Source: Mayamaea pseudoterrestris
Lineage: Eukaryota
Length of the DNA: 64,000 nt
Assembly (NCBI GenBank): GCA_027923505.1
Contig: BROI01000001.1
Coordinates: forward strand, 1 to 64,000
Reading direction: 5' to 3'
Made by a program: the position numbers and the translations under genes. The notes beneath the pieces are model-generated. The model was given only the letters and a program-made list of their open reading frames with translations, made no database searches and was not told where the DNA came from. Positions 1 through 13,219 of the stretch are shown here, piece by piece (the stretch's first letter is position 1; each line of letters opens with the position of its first letter).

Positions 1-2300
1 TCTGCCGTGCTCACTCGTTACAAACTCGAGCCGTACGTCGCCGTCTCGACCGTCGTTGGCGTTTCGAAAACGATGTTCCATTCAACATGTGTAGCATGCC
101 CATCGCCGCCCGGTCCCGCCGTAATCGTGGTACAGGTTCGCATCTTCGAACGTTGACATTCGCACCGCCTTCACGCGCGGCGTGGGCATGTTCCACGGAA
201 GCTCTCGCAGATCTTGCCGTACACACTGTAATCCCAATCCATCTTGTCAACTGTCGCGTATCGCTTCGTCCGTTGGAATCGAAACGTTGAATCGAATCGC
301 TCCATCCGGGTATCTTCGTGGGTATCCGCAATATGCTTCAACCGTTCCAAGTGCCCCGCTCGTGGCGCAGCTCGAATTCCCATAGTCATACAGCACAGTG
401 AATGTCGAATCGACATAAACTTACTGCCCATTGCAACGCACCAATTATCGATTGATACTCTCGTATTCCGTCGTCGTCAAGTTCTTTCGTTTCGTCGAGT
501 TCTCGATGATCGCCGTCGCGTAGTGGACTTGTCTGCGGTCGCGGTTCCTCGCCGAACATTTCTTTTGTAGTTCGCTAGTAGTCTTGTGACGTACTTCTTC
601 GTTCCGAAGCAGAGTACGCCGTCGTCGTCTCGCCAAACGTCTGCGCCCAAATGATATGCCAATGGACCGACGCCCTTCAACTTGTAGTTGTAGTTCCTCA
701 ATAAAAGATTCGTTAGTTCCTTCTGGATTCTTCATCGCTATCGCTAAATCGTCGACATACACACAAACGTATTCGTAGTGCGTGCCTTTATCGCGCATCC
801 ACACGTCCGGTTCTGCGATACACGGCATGAAGCCAATGTCGCGGAGCGTGTCTGCAAGTGCTCGTGCCAGCGTGCGCCCGACGTGCGAAGGACCGTGGCA
901 CGCCTTCACGATCGTGAGCGTGTGTGACCCTCGAGCTCCCCGAACTCCGGACCTGCCACGATATAAACCTTCTTTCGTTTTCGCTTCCAGATGCGTTGCC
1001 GACGTCAGCTGCCCACAGTTCCAGACCGTTGAGTTCCGCTAACATCGCTACCATTCGTAGACTTCGCAATGACATAACGCCTGAGTAAACTGAATCCTTC
1101 GGCGGCTCTGTCATATGTCCTCCTGCAACGAGTCGTGCTTTGTCGCAAATCGTGCTGACATCGAATATCATGCGCACGTTTATTCGTTTCACGGCGCCGG
1201 CATAACCTTTACCGACTCCTTTGATCTGCGAACGTGTCGTAATCATTTATCTGATTTAATCTCCGTTCGAATCGCATCCGTCCACAGCGTTTGCTGCTGA
1301 TCTCTGTCGAGAGCTTTCTGCATCTTTATAATTGCGCGGCAACCTACGCCGAATTTGTAGCGTACGCCGTTTGCTTTCGATTTTCGTTTCGCCGCTGTTA
1401 CCATCTGTCGAAACTTCTTTCGCTTCCGAGTGTAATGCTCCAGCTGCTTCCATCCTGGCTTGTCGAGTAAGCCGTGCTTGAGTCCATACTCTGTGATCGT
1501 TATCGGATCGTCCTTCTTCATGATCGCGAGAGGTTCCCACGTCGTCGTTCCGTCAGTCCATTCGACGAGAACGTTACTTGAACTTCCTTGTTGTCGGATC
1601 GTTCGTTTCCAAATTAAGCCCGTGTCCGGATTACCTTCGTGAATACTCAGAGTCGCCGGATCGTTTCGTATCTTCGTCCATCTGTCGTTCGATTAAATCC
1701 GACAGTTCGTTGTGTCAATATTAAGTCTTTCGCTGGCCTCTCCCATTTGGATTAGGAAACCTTCGCTGCGTTTTGAGAAGCTCAAGTACGCGTATTTGAT
1801 ATATTTGCATACAGTCGCGCATTTTCTGACCGTTGTTACGAAGCAGGTCCGATGAGTTTGCTTGAGAGAACAGTGAGGGCATTTATTCCTGATTCTTGCT
1901 CAGTCTGAAGAATCGCTGGTACGTTGGTGGTTCGCCATCGGAATTGTTTCGTCGTCGTTTCCTTCGAGTTGTCGTGACTACTTTCTGTCACATGCGTGCT
2001 ATGGTAGCGTCCTGTCGCGAGATCTGAGTTTCGTACTTGTTCGTTGCGCGTGTAGCTTCTTTCCAGAAATCTCCCCTCCAGACTCAGGGAAGGAAGGCAA
2101 CTCTCGTGGTTGCGCGCGAGACCACGTTGAGCGGTGTCCGTCAGAACGAGAAAAGTCATGTGCTTTGATGCAGATGACTGCAGATCCGAGGAAAGTCAAA
2201 ATAATTGAATGTAACAAAGGGAAATATCCGGCAGATTGAACGCTAAGGGGTGCGCCTCCCAGCGATTTGTTGCCAGGACGTTCCAGTATCACATTGGCGA
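1..2300 (-). mobile_element. Frameshift-riddled Ty1/copia (CoDi-like) pol fragment (integrase C-term, RT, start of RNase H); inverted copy of 2571-4590
   Basis: ORF pieces KARLVAGGHMTEPPKDSVYSGV, EYVCVYVDDLAIA and MTFLVLTDT. 1-2026 is the reverse complement of about 2571-4590 with many indels. Right boundary approximate. Confidence 0.85.
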
Positions 2301-2570
2301 ATTTAATCAGCAAAACCCAGCAATCTGGCGAACCCGAATCTCTGGAGGCTCTCCATCATTGGCTTAATGTGCGACGGTGACGTTCTCGCATGATTTTGCC
2401 CTGATGACCCGGTTCTGTGGTCACTTGAGGAATATTGAAGAAAGATCCTCACAGCCTTGCCAGTCTCCGACTTGGCATTGTCAAGAGCAGTCCGTTAGAG
2501 CGCATGGCGATAGAATTTTTTGCTTTTTCTTCGCTTGATTCGATCGCAACTCGAACCAGCAGCCTCAGTC

Positions 2571-4880
2571 CAGATCTCTCGATAGGGACGCTACCATAGC
2601 ACGCATGTGACAGAAAGTAGTCACGACAACTACGAAGGAAACGACGACGAAACAATTCCGATGGCGAACCACGCCAACGTACCAGCGAAGTTCTTCAGAA
2701 GGGCTGAGCAAGAATCAGGGAATAAATGCCCTCTGTTCTCTCAAGCGAACTCATCGGACGCACCGTACGGAAGCGAACAGAAACGGTCAGGAAAAATGCG
2801 CGACTATCTCCGAATACATGAACGCTTCAGAAACGACAGGTTTCCTAATCCAAATGGGAGAGGAGCCAGCGAAAGACTTAATAAGTTACAACGAACTGTC
2901 GGATTTAATCGAACGACAGATGGACGAAGATATACGAAACGATCCGGCGACTCAGTGGGTATTCACGAAGGTAATCGGACACGAGCTTAATTTGAAACCG
3001 AACGATCCGACATACAAAGGAAGTTCAAGTAACGTTCTCGTCGAATGGACTGACGGAACGACGACGTGGGAGCCTCTCGCGATCATGAAGAAGGACGATC
3101 CGATAACGATCGCAGAGTATGGACTCAAGCACGGCTTACTCGACAAGCCAGGATGGAAGCAGCTGGAGCATTACACTCGGAAGCGAAAGAAGTTTCGACA
3201 GATGGTAACAGCGGCGAAACGAAAATCGAAAGCAAACGGCGTACGCTCAACCGGCGTAAGGTTGCCGCGCAATTATAAAGATGCGAAAGCTCTCGACGAG
3301 ATCAACGGCAACACGCTGTGGACGGATGCGATTCGAACGGAATTAAATCAGATAAATGATTACGACACGTTCGCAGATCAAGGAGTCGGTAAGGTTATGC
3401 CGGCGCCGTGGAAACGAATAAACGTGCACATGATATTCGATGTCAAGCACGATTTGCGACGGAAAGCACGACTCGTTGCAGGAGGACATATGACAGAGCC
3501 GCCGAAGGATTCAGTTTACTCGGGCGTTGTGTCATTGCGAAGTCTACGAATGGTAGCGATGTTAGCGGAACTCAACGGTCTGGAACTGTGGGCAGCTGAC
3601 GTCGGCAACGCATACTTGGAAGCGAAAACGAAAGAGAAGGTTTATATCGTGGCAGGTCCGGAGTTCGGGGAGCTCGAGGGTCACACGCTCACGATCGTGA
3701 AGGCATTATACGGTCTTCGCACGTCAGGCGCACGCTGGCACGAGCACTTTGCAGACACGCTCCGCGACATTGGCTTCATGCCGTGTATCGCAGAACCGGA
3801 CGTGTGGATGCGCGATAAAGGCACGCACTACGAATACGTTTGTGTGTATGTCGACGATTTAGCGATAGCGATGAAGAATCCGGAAGGAACTAACGGATCT
3901 TTTAATTGAGAACTACAACTACAAGTTGAAGGGGCCGGTCCATTGGCATATCATTTGGGCGCAGACGTTTGGCGAGACGACGACGGCGTACTCTGCTTCG
4001 GAGCGAAGAAGTACGTCACAAGACTACTAGCGAACTACAAAGAAATGTTCGGCGAGGAACCGCGACCGCAGACAAGTCCACTACGCGACGGCGATCATCC
4101 GGAACTCGACGAAACGAAAGAACTTGACGACGACGGAATTGCGAAGTATCAATCGATAATTGGTGCGTTGCAATGGGCAGTAAGTTTATGTCGATTCGAC
4201 ATTCACCGTGCTGTCATGACTATGGGAGATCCGAGCTGCGCCACGAGCGGGGCACTTGGAACGGTTGAAGCATATTTGCGGATACTTACGAAGATACCCG
4301 GATGGAGCGATTCGATTCAACGTTTCGATTCCAACGGACGAGCGATACGCGACAGTTGACAAGATGGATTGGGATTACAGTGTGTACGGCAAGCTGCGAA
4401 GAGCTTCCGTCGAACTGCCCAGCGCGCGCACAGGCGGTGCGAATGTCAACTTGATCGAGAATGCGAACCTGTACCACGATTCACGACGGGACGCGCAGCG
4501 ATGGCATGCACACATGTTGAATGAACAGTCGTTGATTGGTCGACGAAGACGGCGACGTACGGGTCGGAGTTTGTAGCAGCGAGAGCAAGATCATGGATCT
4601 TCGCTTCCGCTACGCATGTTGGGAGTTCCGCTCGACGGACCACGCATGTTTGAGACAACAAGTCGGTAACGCAAAGCAGCAACCTACCGCACTCTAGTCT
4701 GACGAAGCGACACAATGCACTGGCATTTCACCGTGTACGCGAAGCGATTGCGGCGGGAATTATTAATTTCAACCACATCATGGGAACGACAAACCCGGCG
4801 GATGTACTTACCAAGTTTCTTCCACGGGCTACGGCAAGCAAGCACTTAAAGAACCTGCTCTTCAAGGAATCTAACTATTA
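2571..4880 (+). mobile_element. Ty1/copia (CoDi-like) pol 3' part: chromo-like segment, RT, RNase H, with frameshifts
   Basis: ORF 2818-3909 has KARLVAGGH, ADVGNAYLEA, KALYGLRTSG and YVDD. RNase H tail KRHNALAFHRVREAIAAG...NPADVLTK lies at 4700-4815. Confidence 0.92.
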
Positions 4881-4890
4881 GGTATGACTT

Positions 4891-5068
4891 GAGGGGAGTT
4901 GCAGGATGCGAACGAAAACAGCGAAAATCGGGCAAGTCACACCGAATGTCCGATAGGGTGACACAGCGGCCGTCGCGGCTCACCACACAGCCTCACGATC
5001 GCGTGATGCGTGGCAGCGACGGCTTCGAAGCGATTCAACAAGTATATTGCTGAAACTAGTGCGTATAG
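4891..5068 (+). repeat. Polypurine tract (GAGGGGAG) and probable 3' LTR of the preceding copia element
   Basis: GAGGGGAG at 4891-4898 is the same PPT as in the intact element at 13615-13622 (minus). The following sequence interrupts the gypsy RT near 5070. The LTR 3' end is uncertain. Confidence 0.5.
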
Positions 5069-5069
5069 A

Positions 5070-6181
5070 CGGCGTATTAAATCAAACTTGGATTGAGCAG
5101 GAACGTTGCCGTTTACCATCCAATCGTGCCCAATCCAGCTCACGCGAGGCAACATAAACTCGCATTTCTTGAGCTTGATAGTAAGACGAAAATGGACAGC
5201 TGCTTCGCAAAGGCATGCGAATACTTGAAGGAGGTATTCCATGCAGTTGGATACGAGCAAAAGATCGTCAATGATGCTCTTGACAACAAACATGGCGTCT
5301 GGGCGAGCATGCGGCGGAAGGCCTTTGGAATCGTTGCGCTTGCGCGCCCAAGCAAGAACAATAGACATGAAGTGCTGAAAGACTGGTGATCCATTCATGA
5401 CTCCGAAAGGCATGCGAAGGAAGGCATACTTCTTGTCGTATGGTCCCCAGAAGGCGAGCTTATCATGCGTTTTGGGCGTGATGTCTATCTGATGGAATCC
5501 GGAGTCAGCATCAAGGCTGATGGCAAGCAGAGGACCTTTGGAATCATTGAGTAATTCAAGTGCATCAGCACAGCGAGGCATGCCAACTTTAATGGGGCGC
5601 GTGACTTGATTGAGCGGACCAAAGTTGGCGCAGAGTCGCCAATCAAATTTATTAATGTCGTCGCAATCTTCTTGATGAGGTTTGGCAGCGAGCACTAGCT
5701 TGAAGCCCCAGGGACCATGGTTTTCGTGGATAAGACCATTATGAAGGAGAGCATCAATATACTTCTGCATGATTGGCTGCTCGTGCAAACCATAGCGGGG
5801 TTGAGGAACACAGATAGGCTGCAAGCTACCTGTATCGATATGAAACAGAATGCCACGGACTGGTCGGCGCATGCCTTCTGGGTCAAAGGCGTCCCAATGG
5901 TCTTTTATAATGGCAATGATGCGCTCGCGAAGAAGAGGCGTGCAATTTGGTCCCACTTTTAAAGTGCTCTCCAAAAAGTGCGCGTGGGTATCATTCCAAA
6001 GTAGCAAGTCGTCGCGTGGAGGCAAATCCTCGATATCATCATTAACCAGAGACTTGCCTAACTTGGAGTGAATGAAATAGCTATCCGGCAAGCCATCCGC
6101 ATCGACAGGATGGTAATTAGACTGAGGCTTAGGATGCCATCGTTTAGCTGGTACAGTAATAGCGTACGAGCAACCGTCGAT
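5070..6181 (-). mobile_element. Ty3/gypsy reverse transcriptase, 3'-truncated by the adjacent copia element
   Basis: Motifs IDTGSLQPI, WRLCANFGPLN, LDADSGFHQI, RMPFGVMNG, IIDDLLL, KLKKCEF and WIGH. The frame is open from 6181. No RNase H or integrase follows. Confidence 0.9.
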
Positions 6182-6258
6182 CTATCCTTGCAATTATCTT
6201 CTATCAAAGGCGTGTAGAGTCGCGGCGGCTCAGCGGCGCTAGCCACTGAGCCTGCTCC

Positions 6259-9204
6259 CTATTCCAGAGCAAAGGAGACACGAGCAAGAGAAGCAGGCAT
6301 GACTGCAGCATCCACAGCTACTGGCGCCGGCGCAGCTTTGTTGGCAAACTCCACAATCGTTTTGGCTGCCTCCATAAAGGAGAGATGCTCTTCCTGAGCC
6401 GCAAGCGAGGGCGCTGGGAGCAGCACTGGGGCAATGGGCGCTGGCTGGCTGGCTGGAACGGGAGCCAGTGGAACAGGCGCAATGGGCGCTCCTAACATGA
6501 CTGGTGGCAAAGCTGGTGTCATGAATGCTGGAGGTGGTGCCGCAGCCGCAGTGACGGCTGTGATTGCCGCAGTGTTTGGTGTAGGAAAGACGTCGACAAT
6601 GGGACGGTACTCGCACGTGAAATCCTGAGCGAGCAGTCCAGAGCTGAACACATCCTTTCCTGTTGGTCCTGGCACACGATACATCTTGAAGCGGTGCTGG
6701 TCGGCGCGCCCAAAGATGACAGCAACAGGAATATCTTCTCCAAGTGCGAAGGTGAGCGACTGGCCGAAGGGCGTAGGGTACTCAACGGCGTGACGCAAGG
6801 TAATCTGATGAACTACTCCGTGAGCGGAGGCAATACCTGCGATTGTGTAGACTTGGCACTTGTCTTGCGCATTGAGGGCATCCGCAGAGAAGAAGCGAGC
6901 TTCAATACCTGGATGTTTCATAGCGAACTGTTGATGCCAGCTCAAGTTGCCTGCGCTGATTGTGGCGCAGGAGTCGTCCATGGCCGGCAATGGCACTGCA
7001 GTCGAGAGCGTTGGACCGACTACCAAAATGATGTGCGGAACAGTGGGTTCAACAGCGACCGATTTGAGTGGGAAACCACATGCCGCCGGAGCAGCTTGGA
7101 GGCTGAGCGAGCGCAAAACAAAAAGTGGAGCACGGTTTTGCGACGGTGGCTGCTGCTGCGGCGGCGACTGCTGCGACTGCTGCTGCTGCTGCTGCTGCTG
7201 CGGTTGCTGCTCTTCCTCAAGCTGACGCTGCTGCTGGGTTTCCCAAGCTGGGTGGTTGTTGACGTTCCGCTGGCCTGTCAGCGCCACAGTGGCAACTTGC
7301 GCCGATCCAAACTTGGGCGCTGCCGTCTTTGTTGGTCCATAACGCGCAAACTGACTTGGCGGGGCTGCAGCCTTGAGGCGTCCTCCACGTGGAATGCCGC
7401 GATAGTCCTGGTAGAAGTGGAAATTGTCAAAGAATTGACGCAGCGCTTCTGGATCCTCGCGATATGGGCAAGCGCCAAAGAGATGCTCAAGACTCCAGCA
7501 AGCAAAGCACGGGTTGACGCCGGGTGGAATGACCAGCGACTCGTCTTCAGGTGGAAACGGAAAGTCCTTCAATGGAAAGCGCGGCTGATTCTGCACAATA
7601 GTACGCTCGGCTTGCGAAAGGAAAGAGGCTTGATGGGACTGCTTGAAGGGTGGGTTGGCAGGCGCAAAACGTACACTGCGTTTCGTAGGACGCCCGCCGA
7701 GTTCATCTTCGGCGGCATCGTCTTCCATACTCGCCATGTAACGGTCATGCTGCAAGGACTTCTTTGTGGACTGAGACGCTGCGGTGGTGAGCGCCAGCGC
7801 TGAAGCTGCGCCATTGACCAGCTGCTCGCGAGCATGAATGATTTCAAGCAGCTTGTCGGCCTGCTGATTAATACTCTTCTCTTTAATGGTGGCAGCTTGC
7901 TTGATTTCTCCAATGGCGCCAGTGACTTCAACGAAAGCAAGCAAGTTGGAAGAGTCGGGTTCAACGTAACCAGCGTCGAGGAGGGCGGTTTTCAATTGCT
8001 GACTCAAATTGGTGAAGAAAAGCTGGACGACGTTAATGCCCCAGGCGGACGGCTTGCCTGGAAGCTGGTTGACTTTGCCAATGAACGCAATGGAGTAATC
8101 TGAGACGGTGAGGAATTGCGTGTCTGTCATCTTGATCTTGTCTAAAGAAGCGCGCAACTCGCCAAGTGACAAACGACTCAATTTGCCAACGTCAGGCCCA
8201 ATGTACTCTGCTTTGATTTGATTCAAGTGAACTGTTAAGACCAAGCGCGCCTCATACTCGCGAATGACTTGATCAATGTCTTCAGCAGACGCGTAAACAA
8301 TGCCATCTTCAGTGGTGGTGACGACATACGGGATGGGGTTGGCGCCGCAAGCCGTGGCAAATGAAGCTGCGTTGTCGAGAAGATGAGTATCGCCACCATA
8401 AGTGCCGCGAATGAAACGATTGAGGTCGGCGACATTATCAACTGCCATGATGGGGCCTGCTTTGCTCATGGTTGGAGTTGGAGTGGCAAGCGCTGCTTCG
8501 TCAAGACAAGTAAGTGGAGCGACTGGCATGGTGAGCTGACCGTTGGCGTCAAGACTGGGAACGACTTGCTGCAACAACTTGAAGGAGCAATCCAAATGGA
8601 ATGGAGGAAGATTCGGGACGAGCTTCGCGTAAGGACTGGTCTCCCAACTGACTTCCACATGCGCATCCAAGTACTTGACATTGTCAGGGCGAAGAGACGG
8701 ATTGACATTGAGCTGGCCTTGAATGCGCCGGCCAAAACCATCAACGAATCCGCCTGAAAGAAAATGGTCCGTCTTGAGCATCTCCGCGCGCAACCAGTCC
8801 TTGCTGTCGTTGGCGATACGCCAGACTCCTTTGGCATCAATGATGCGATCGAAACACTGCATCAATCTGTTGGTTTGCGCATGGTATGGCGCGCCTGAAC
8901 GCTCGAGGCTCGCAACAACACTCTTGAAGAACTGCTCCTTGACGAATGGTTCAGAGCAAAGAGACGGGACGGCGTCGACTTGAATCTTGTAGCTCCCTCC
9001 TAGATCCAAGATCATCGCGTCCTTGGCAAAGTTCAAAGCGTCGTACATGCCCGGATAGTCAGCAGAAAGCTTGGCGGCAGGTGTCGTGTTTCCGTTGCGC
9101 AGAGCAGACGGAAGCAAGCCGCTCGTGGTGCCATGTGAAGCATTGGGTGCTTGCTGGGTACGGTGAAGGGCTAGGACAGAGTTGTAGAGGCTGTTGAAGG
9201 TCAT
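6259..9204 (-). mobile_element. Ty3/gypsy gag-protease ORF (about 980 aa; frame open to 9432)
   Basis: CCHC knuckle CFACWSLEHLFGAC (CX2CX4HX4C), polyQ tract, aspartic-protease-like MDDSCATISAG and downstream VIFGR. Lies directly upstream of the RT on the same strand. Start codon uncertain. Confidence 0.8.
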
Positions 9205-10399
9205 CTTAGTTTCGTTACAATACAAGCTATGGCTACGGATGTCGGTGGCAACAGATTGTGAGAGCAGTCGATGGCTTGGCAAACATGAGCGGTTCTGTTT
9301 GCAAGGCGGAAGGGTCCGGAAGCACATGGTTGGAGGCCCAAAGGGGCAATTCTTTTGGTCGTCCTTTTCAACTCCGTGTCGGTTCTTCAATCCAGGAGAG
9401 CGGTTCTGCAGGCTTTTCTTCAAGTTGGTCATTGTTCTGTGGTTGTTCTGCAGAACATGCTGTGGGCCTAAGTGAAGGTGACGTCATGCTCGTGTCAAAG
9501 GTTTGCCACGACTGCCTCCGTGCCACGTGTTTGGGCTGTCGCAAGTTCTGGAGGGCCATAGCAACTGTGACGCCACAGAGGTGCGGAGGTTTTGGCACGA
9601 CTGCACCTGCGCCGCGTCTTTGGTTTGGCTGCGGCTCGACATGCCGGTGGCTTCACACCTTATGCATTCCGCGTCCAAGGTTGCAACATGAAGCTAATTA
9701 AGTAAACCAATGACCATGGCAGCACAACATATCTCACTTGGTGAGAGAATGCCTTGCTCAGCAATGACAATTGCATTGGCAAAACAGACTCCAATTCCTC
9801 AACATATAAGGGCATGATCAGGACTTTAACAAAGAATACAAGCAGTCAATCATCCAAATAGTGCCATTAATTAAAATGGTGGTTGCAGGCAGTTGAGGCA
9901 CCTCCAACAATACATTAACTTCATGCAGAGTTCAAGCCAGATGTTTGATTCTTGAGGTTGAAGGTGGAACAAAATGCCTACAAAGCTAAAAATTGTTAAT
10001 ATGAGGAGTTTGCACGTCTTCAAGTAAGCACCAGTTAAGTTGACTTGACAATGACTACAGCACCTCCAGCAACACTAGTCCAACTTCCACAGACTACCGC
10101 TGCAACTACATCAGCACATTGCACTTTGATTTCAGTCACAGCAAGATGGAAAAATTGCTCATGCAAGCCAGCTCTACCTGTGTATCAAGCACAAGTCAGC
10201 AATGTCACCTACAATATTGTGCCACCATGTTGAAACTCACTCCTTGTACAAACGTATATGTTGCTACACCTTCAGCCACATATGCGTCATGGGAGTGAAT
10301 ACTCAAACAACCAAATGGCTACACATGTATCAACATCTGTCAACTACTGGAGGGAGTTGCCATGGGCACACACTTCTCAGATACCCCTGCACTCAACAA

Positions 10400-10870
10400 T
10401 GGCCTTCCAAGACAGTTGGATGCCAAGCTGCTCAACTCTAGGTCTGCATGGAAAACCCATTGATTCACTTTTAGCCAATGCCAAACAAAGGACAAGTCAC
10501 TTCAACACTCATGCAATTTATCAATGATTGCTGCGCTCCATACAGTTTGTATTCAGATGGTGCAATGGAAGAAAATAGTCTGCTGATTATAGAGATCAAT
10601 CAACATTTTAGGATTTGCAAGCACTGGGTCAGTGAGCCAGAAAACCAGCAGCAAAATGCAGTGGAACATGTTATTGGAGATGTTGAATGCACTGTCAATG
10701 TCAACATGAATCAAACCAAAACACCTGCACCAACCTGATTGCTTCACACACTTTACATCATGTCACTACTTGCTCTTTTGGCATGCCTCCATTCCAAAAG
10801 GTATGCACTAAGACCCAACATCTCTGCCTACAAACATCTCTGCTTACCTTAATTTTCATTGGTAGTTTTG
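10400..10870 (+). pseudogene. Degenerate copia integrase core relic
   Basis: FINDCCAPYSLYSDGAMEE...SEPENQQQNAVEHVIG aligns by eye with FIREFGAPLEVFSDNAKE...SEPYYQNQNPAERIIG of the intact element. Strongly CpG-depleted. Confidence 0.75.
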
Positions 10871-10979
10871 TATATTAATCAACAAGAGGGGAATTCATAA
10901 CACACCCTCATTGCAATCCATGAGAAGAGAGTTAGTTAAGCTCTGTAGCAGCAAGGTGCTCAAAGTAATTGGGAGCGGT

Positions 10980-13219
10980 TGAGCTGTCATGTAAGTATAC
11001 AGAGCAGATATTTTGATAATGGGAAGTAGGGTGATGCTTAGATATGTAATTGTTTTTGATCAACGTGGTCTCTTATAACAGTAGAAAGGCACACCAATTG
11101 CTTTAGAGCATTTTTGTTGATGGTGTCATAAGCAATGCCGGTGGCCGTGGTGTTGTCAGTTTAACACCGTAACTAGCGTTTTGTAGGATAAGGCACCTTT
11201 AGGATAAATCAAGGTAAAGGACTGATCATCCCACTCACTTGGACACCAATTATAAAGGGTGAGGAATTGTTGCAATTGCTTTCGAACTGGAACTGCATCA
11301 AGTTGGAACAAGAGCGCATTCAGTGTAGCCAAGCATGGAATGTGCGTTGGTTGTAATCCCAGTCAAAGAATGGCCACAATAGTGGGTGCAAGTGAGGTCC
11401 AGACTGACTTTGTAGGTGGCTTGCAGCACATCAAGAAGGTGATTCTAAGTCAGCTTTATAGTGAATCTAATGCCAAAATCATTGAGGTTGAGCGAGAAGC
11501 AAATGGGATGCGTGGCGTGATGCCAGAAACCATGCATAAGCGCGCAGGCAAGTACCCATGGACGGCAAGGTGTTTGATGAGCAAGTCATGCACCAGGCGG
11601 CCAGCCTGAGGGAGACCATGCATGCCTTTGTAGATTTCGGTGTAAATAAAGGCATTGTGTGCTTTAGAATCAAGATCATTTGGTGCAAGGGCAGACGGCA
11701 GGTCTTTGGAGGTGATAGCAGTCTTGAGGTTCTCCAAAGCAGTGTGTATGCATGAGTCAGGCGTAGAGAGAGGCATTGGGATGGTCAGTGGGGGAACAAG
11801 GCAACTTTGTGGCAATCCGCTCAGCATTCGTCTTCCATGTCCAAACGTGGTGGCTGCAATAGGAATCAAGCGCTGGACCAGTACAAGCCTTCAAGTGCAC
11901 AAGGCTCTAAAAAGCCACAATCCTTGGTGGGGAGGTGAGCAAGGATGCGTATGTGCAAGGGGTGTTTTATTGAGGTCAAACAGACCATGAACAAGCATGT
12001 AGGCAGAGAGCTTGGGGCTGATGTGAGAGCCGCGGCAATTGTTTAAATTAATTTCAGTCTGGGGCAGGAGCTTATCCCAGAAATGGAGGGGGAGACCTTT
12101 GTTGGCACCACTGAGGATGGCAACAAAATTTGTGTAAAAACATGCCATGGCCCACCATCTGGAAATCAGTCTTTTGGTCATGCATGTAGTCTTTTAGAAG
12201 CTGCGATCAATTGAAAAAAGTGCGAGCCATAAATAATTGCTGTTGTAATCATAGAGAATCAGGAGACGGATGATGCCATGTCGCAATGGTTCCATCTTGT
12301 ACAGGATGGGAGCTGTTGTCATCCTTGTCCTCGCTTGTTGGTGGTGTTGGAGACTTGATGGAGTTAATGCCTTGCGGAGGGCTTTCATGTGACCTTTATG
12401 CATGCATTGCAATGGAGGTGGGTGGATGCTTGTAGAGATTGCTGGTAGCCTCAAGGGAATGGAGACTGGGTGAACCAAGGGAGGCGTGATGGAACTTGTT
12501 GAGCTTGGGCAACGTTGGATCACCAATGGTAGTAAGGGTGCCGTGAGGCGCTGGTAGATCCATTTGGCAGAGGCCAGTTGTGGGTCAGACACTGAGCACC
12601 CCACAATGGATGAGCTCATCTTGGTAGTGCATGAGTACTTGCTCCATGTTAAGGGAGACGAGGCAGCCTGCATCACAAAGTGTGCCAAGGGAAGAAATGA
12701 GTCAGTAGATAAAGCAGGGAGACTATGAGCTTTAGTAGCTAACTTGGGGAGACCGGGGATGTTGAGTGTTGCCTCGTAAGTTAATGGTGGAATGCATTAG
12801 GGTGCCGTTGGAAGTTTGAATTGCAAGTGGGTATATCGTAGGGATTTTGTTTCAAATTGGAGTGGTAACGGTGACAAAGTGGGCAGAGGTGCCACTGTCA
12901 GCTATGAGGGTAATAATAGGAACAGTGGGAGGTGAGGTGAGGTTAGCACTGGTAGTTATAGTGGACGTGATGGCTGGGGTGGGCATGATGTGCGTCTCAG
13001 TGGTGACACAAGTAGGTGGAGGCATTGTGCCATTAGGTAGAGCTGCAAGCTCATGCTGGTGTTGACCATTTTGATGATGAAGATGGGCATTCTTAGCTTC
13101 AAATGCAGCCAGGGTGGCAATATGAGTGTGGTCTTGGTAGCCAGCATTTCGCAGTGAGTCTTATTGGTGGCGTTGAAACAGGTGATGATAATGGCCATGG
13201 TGCAGTTCACCTCAGAATT
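10980..13219 (-). pseudogene. Degenerate copia element of another family (protease, integrase and RT remnants)
   Basis: ADSGTSAHF protease motif near 12880-12902, LILYDYNSNY and PLHFWDKLLPQTEINLN integrase pieces, EIYKGMHGLPQAG RT piece. Many stops and deletions. Confidence 0.8.

Noticed and set aside
6694..7803. 369-aa plus-strand ORF with polyLeu
   Set aside because: Antisense shadow of the gag polyQ region.
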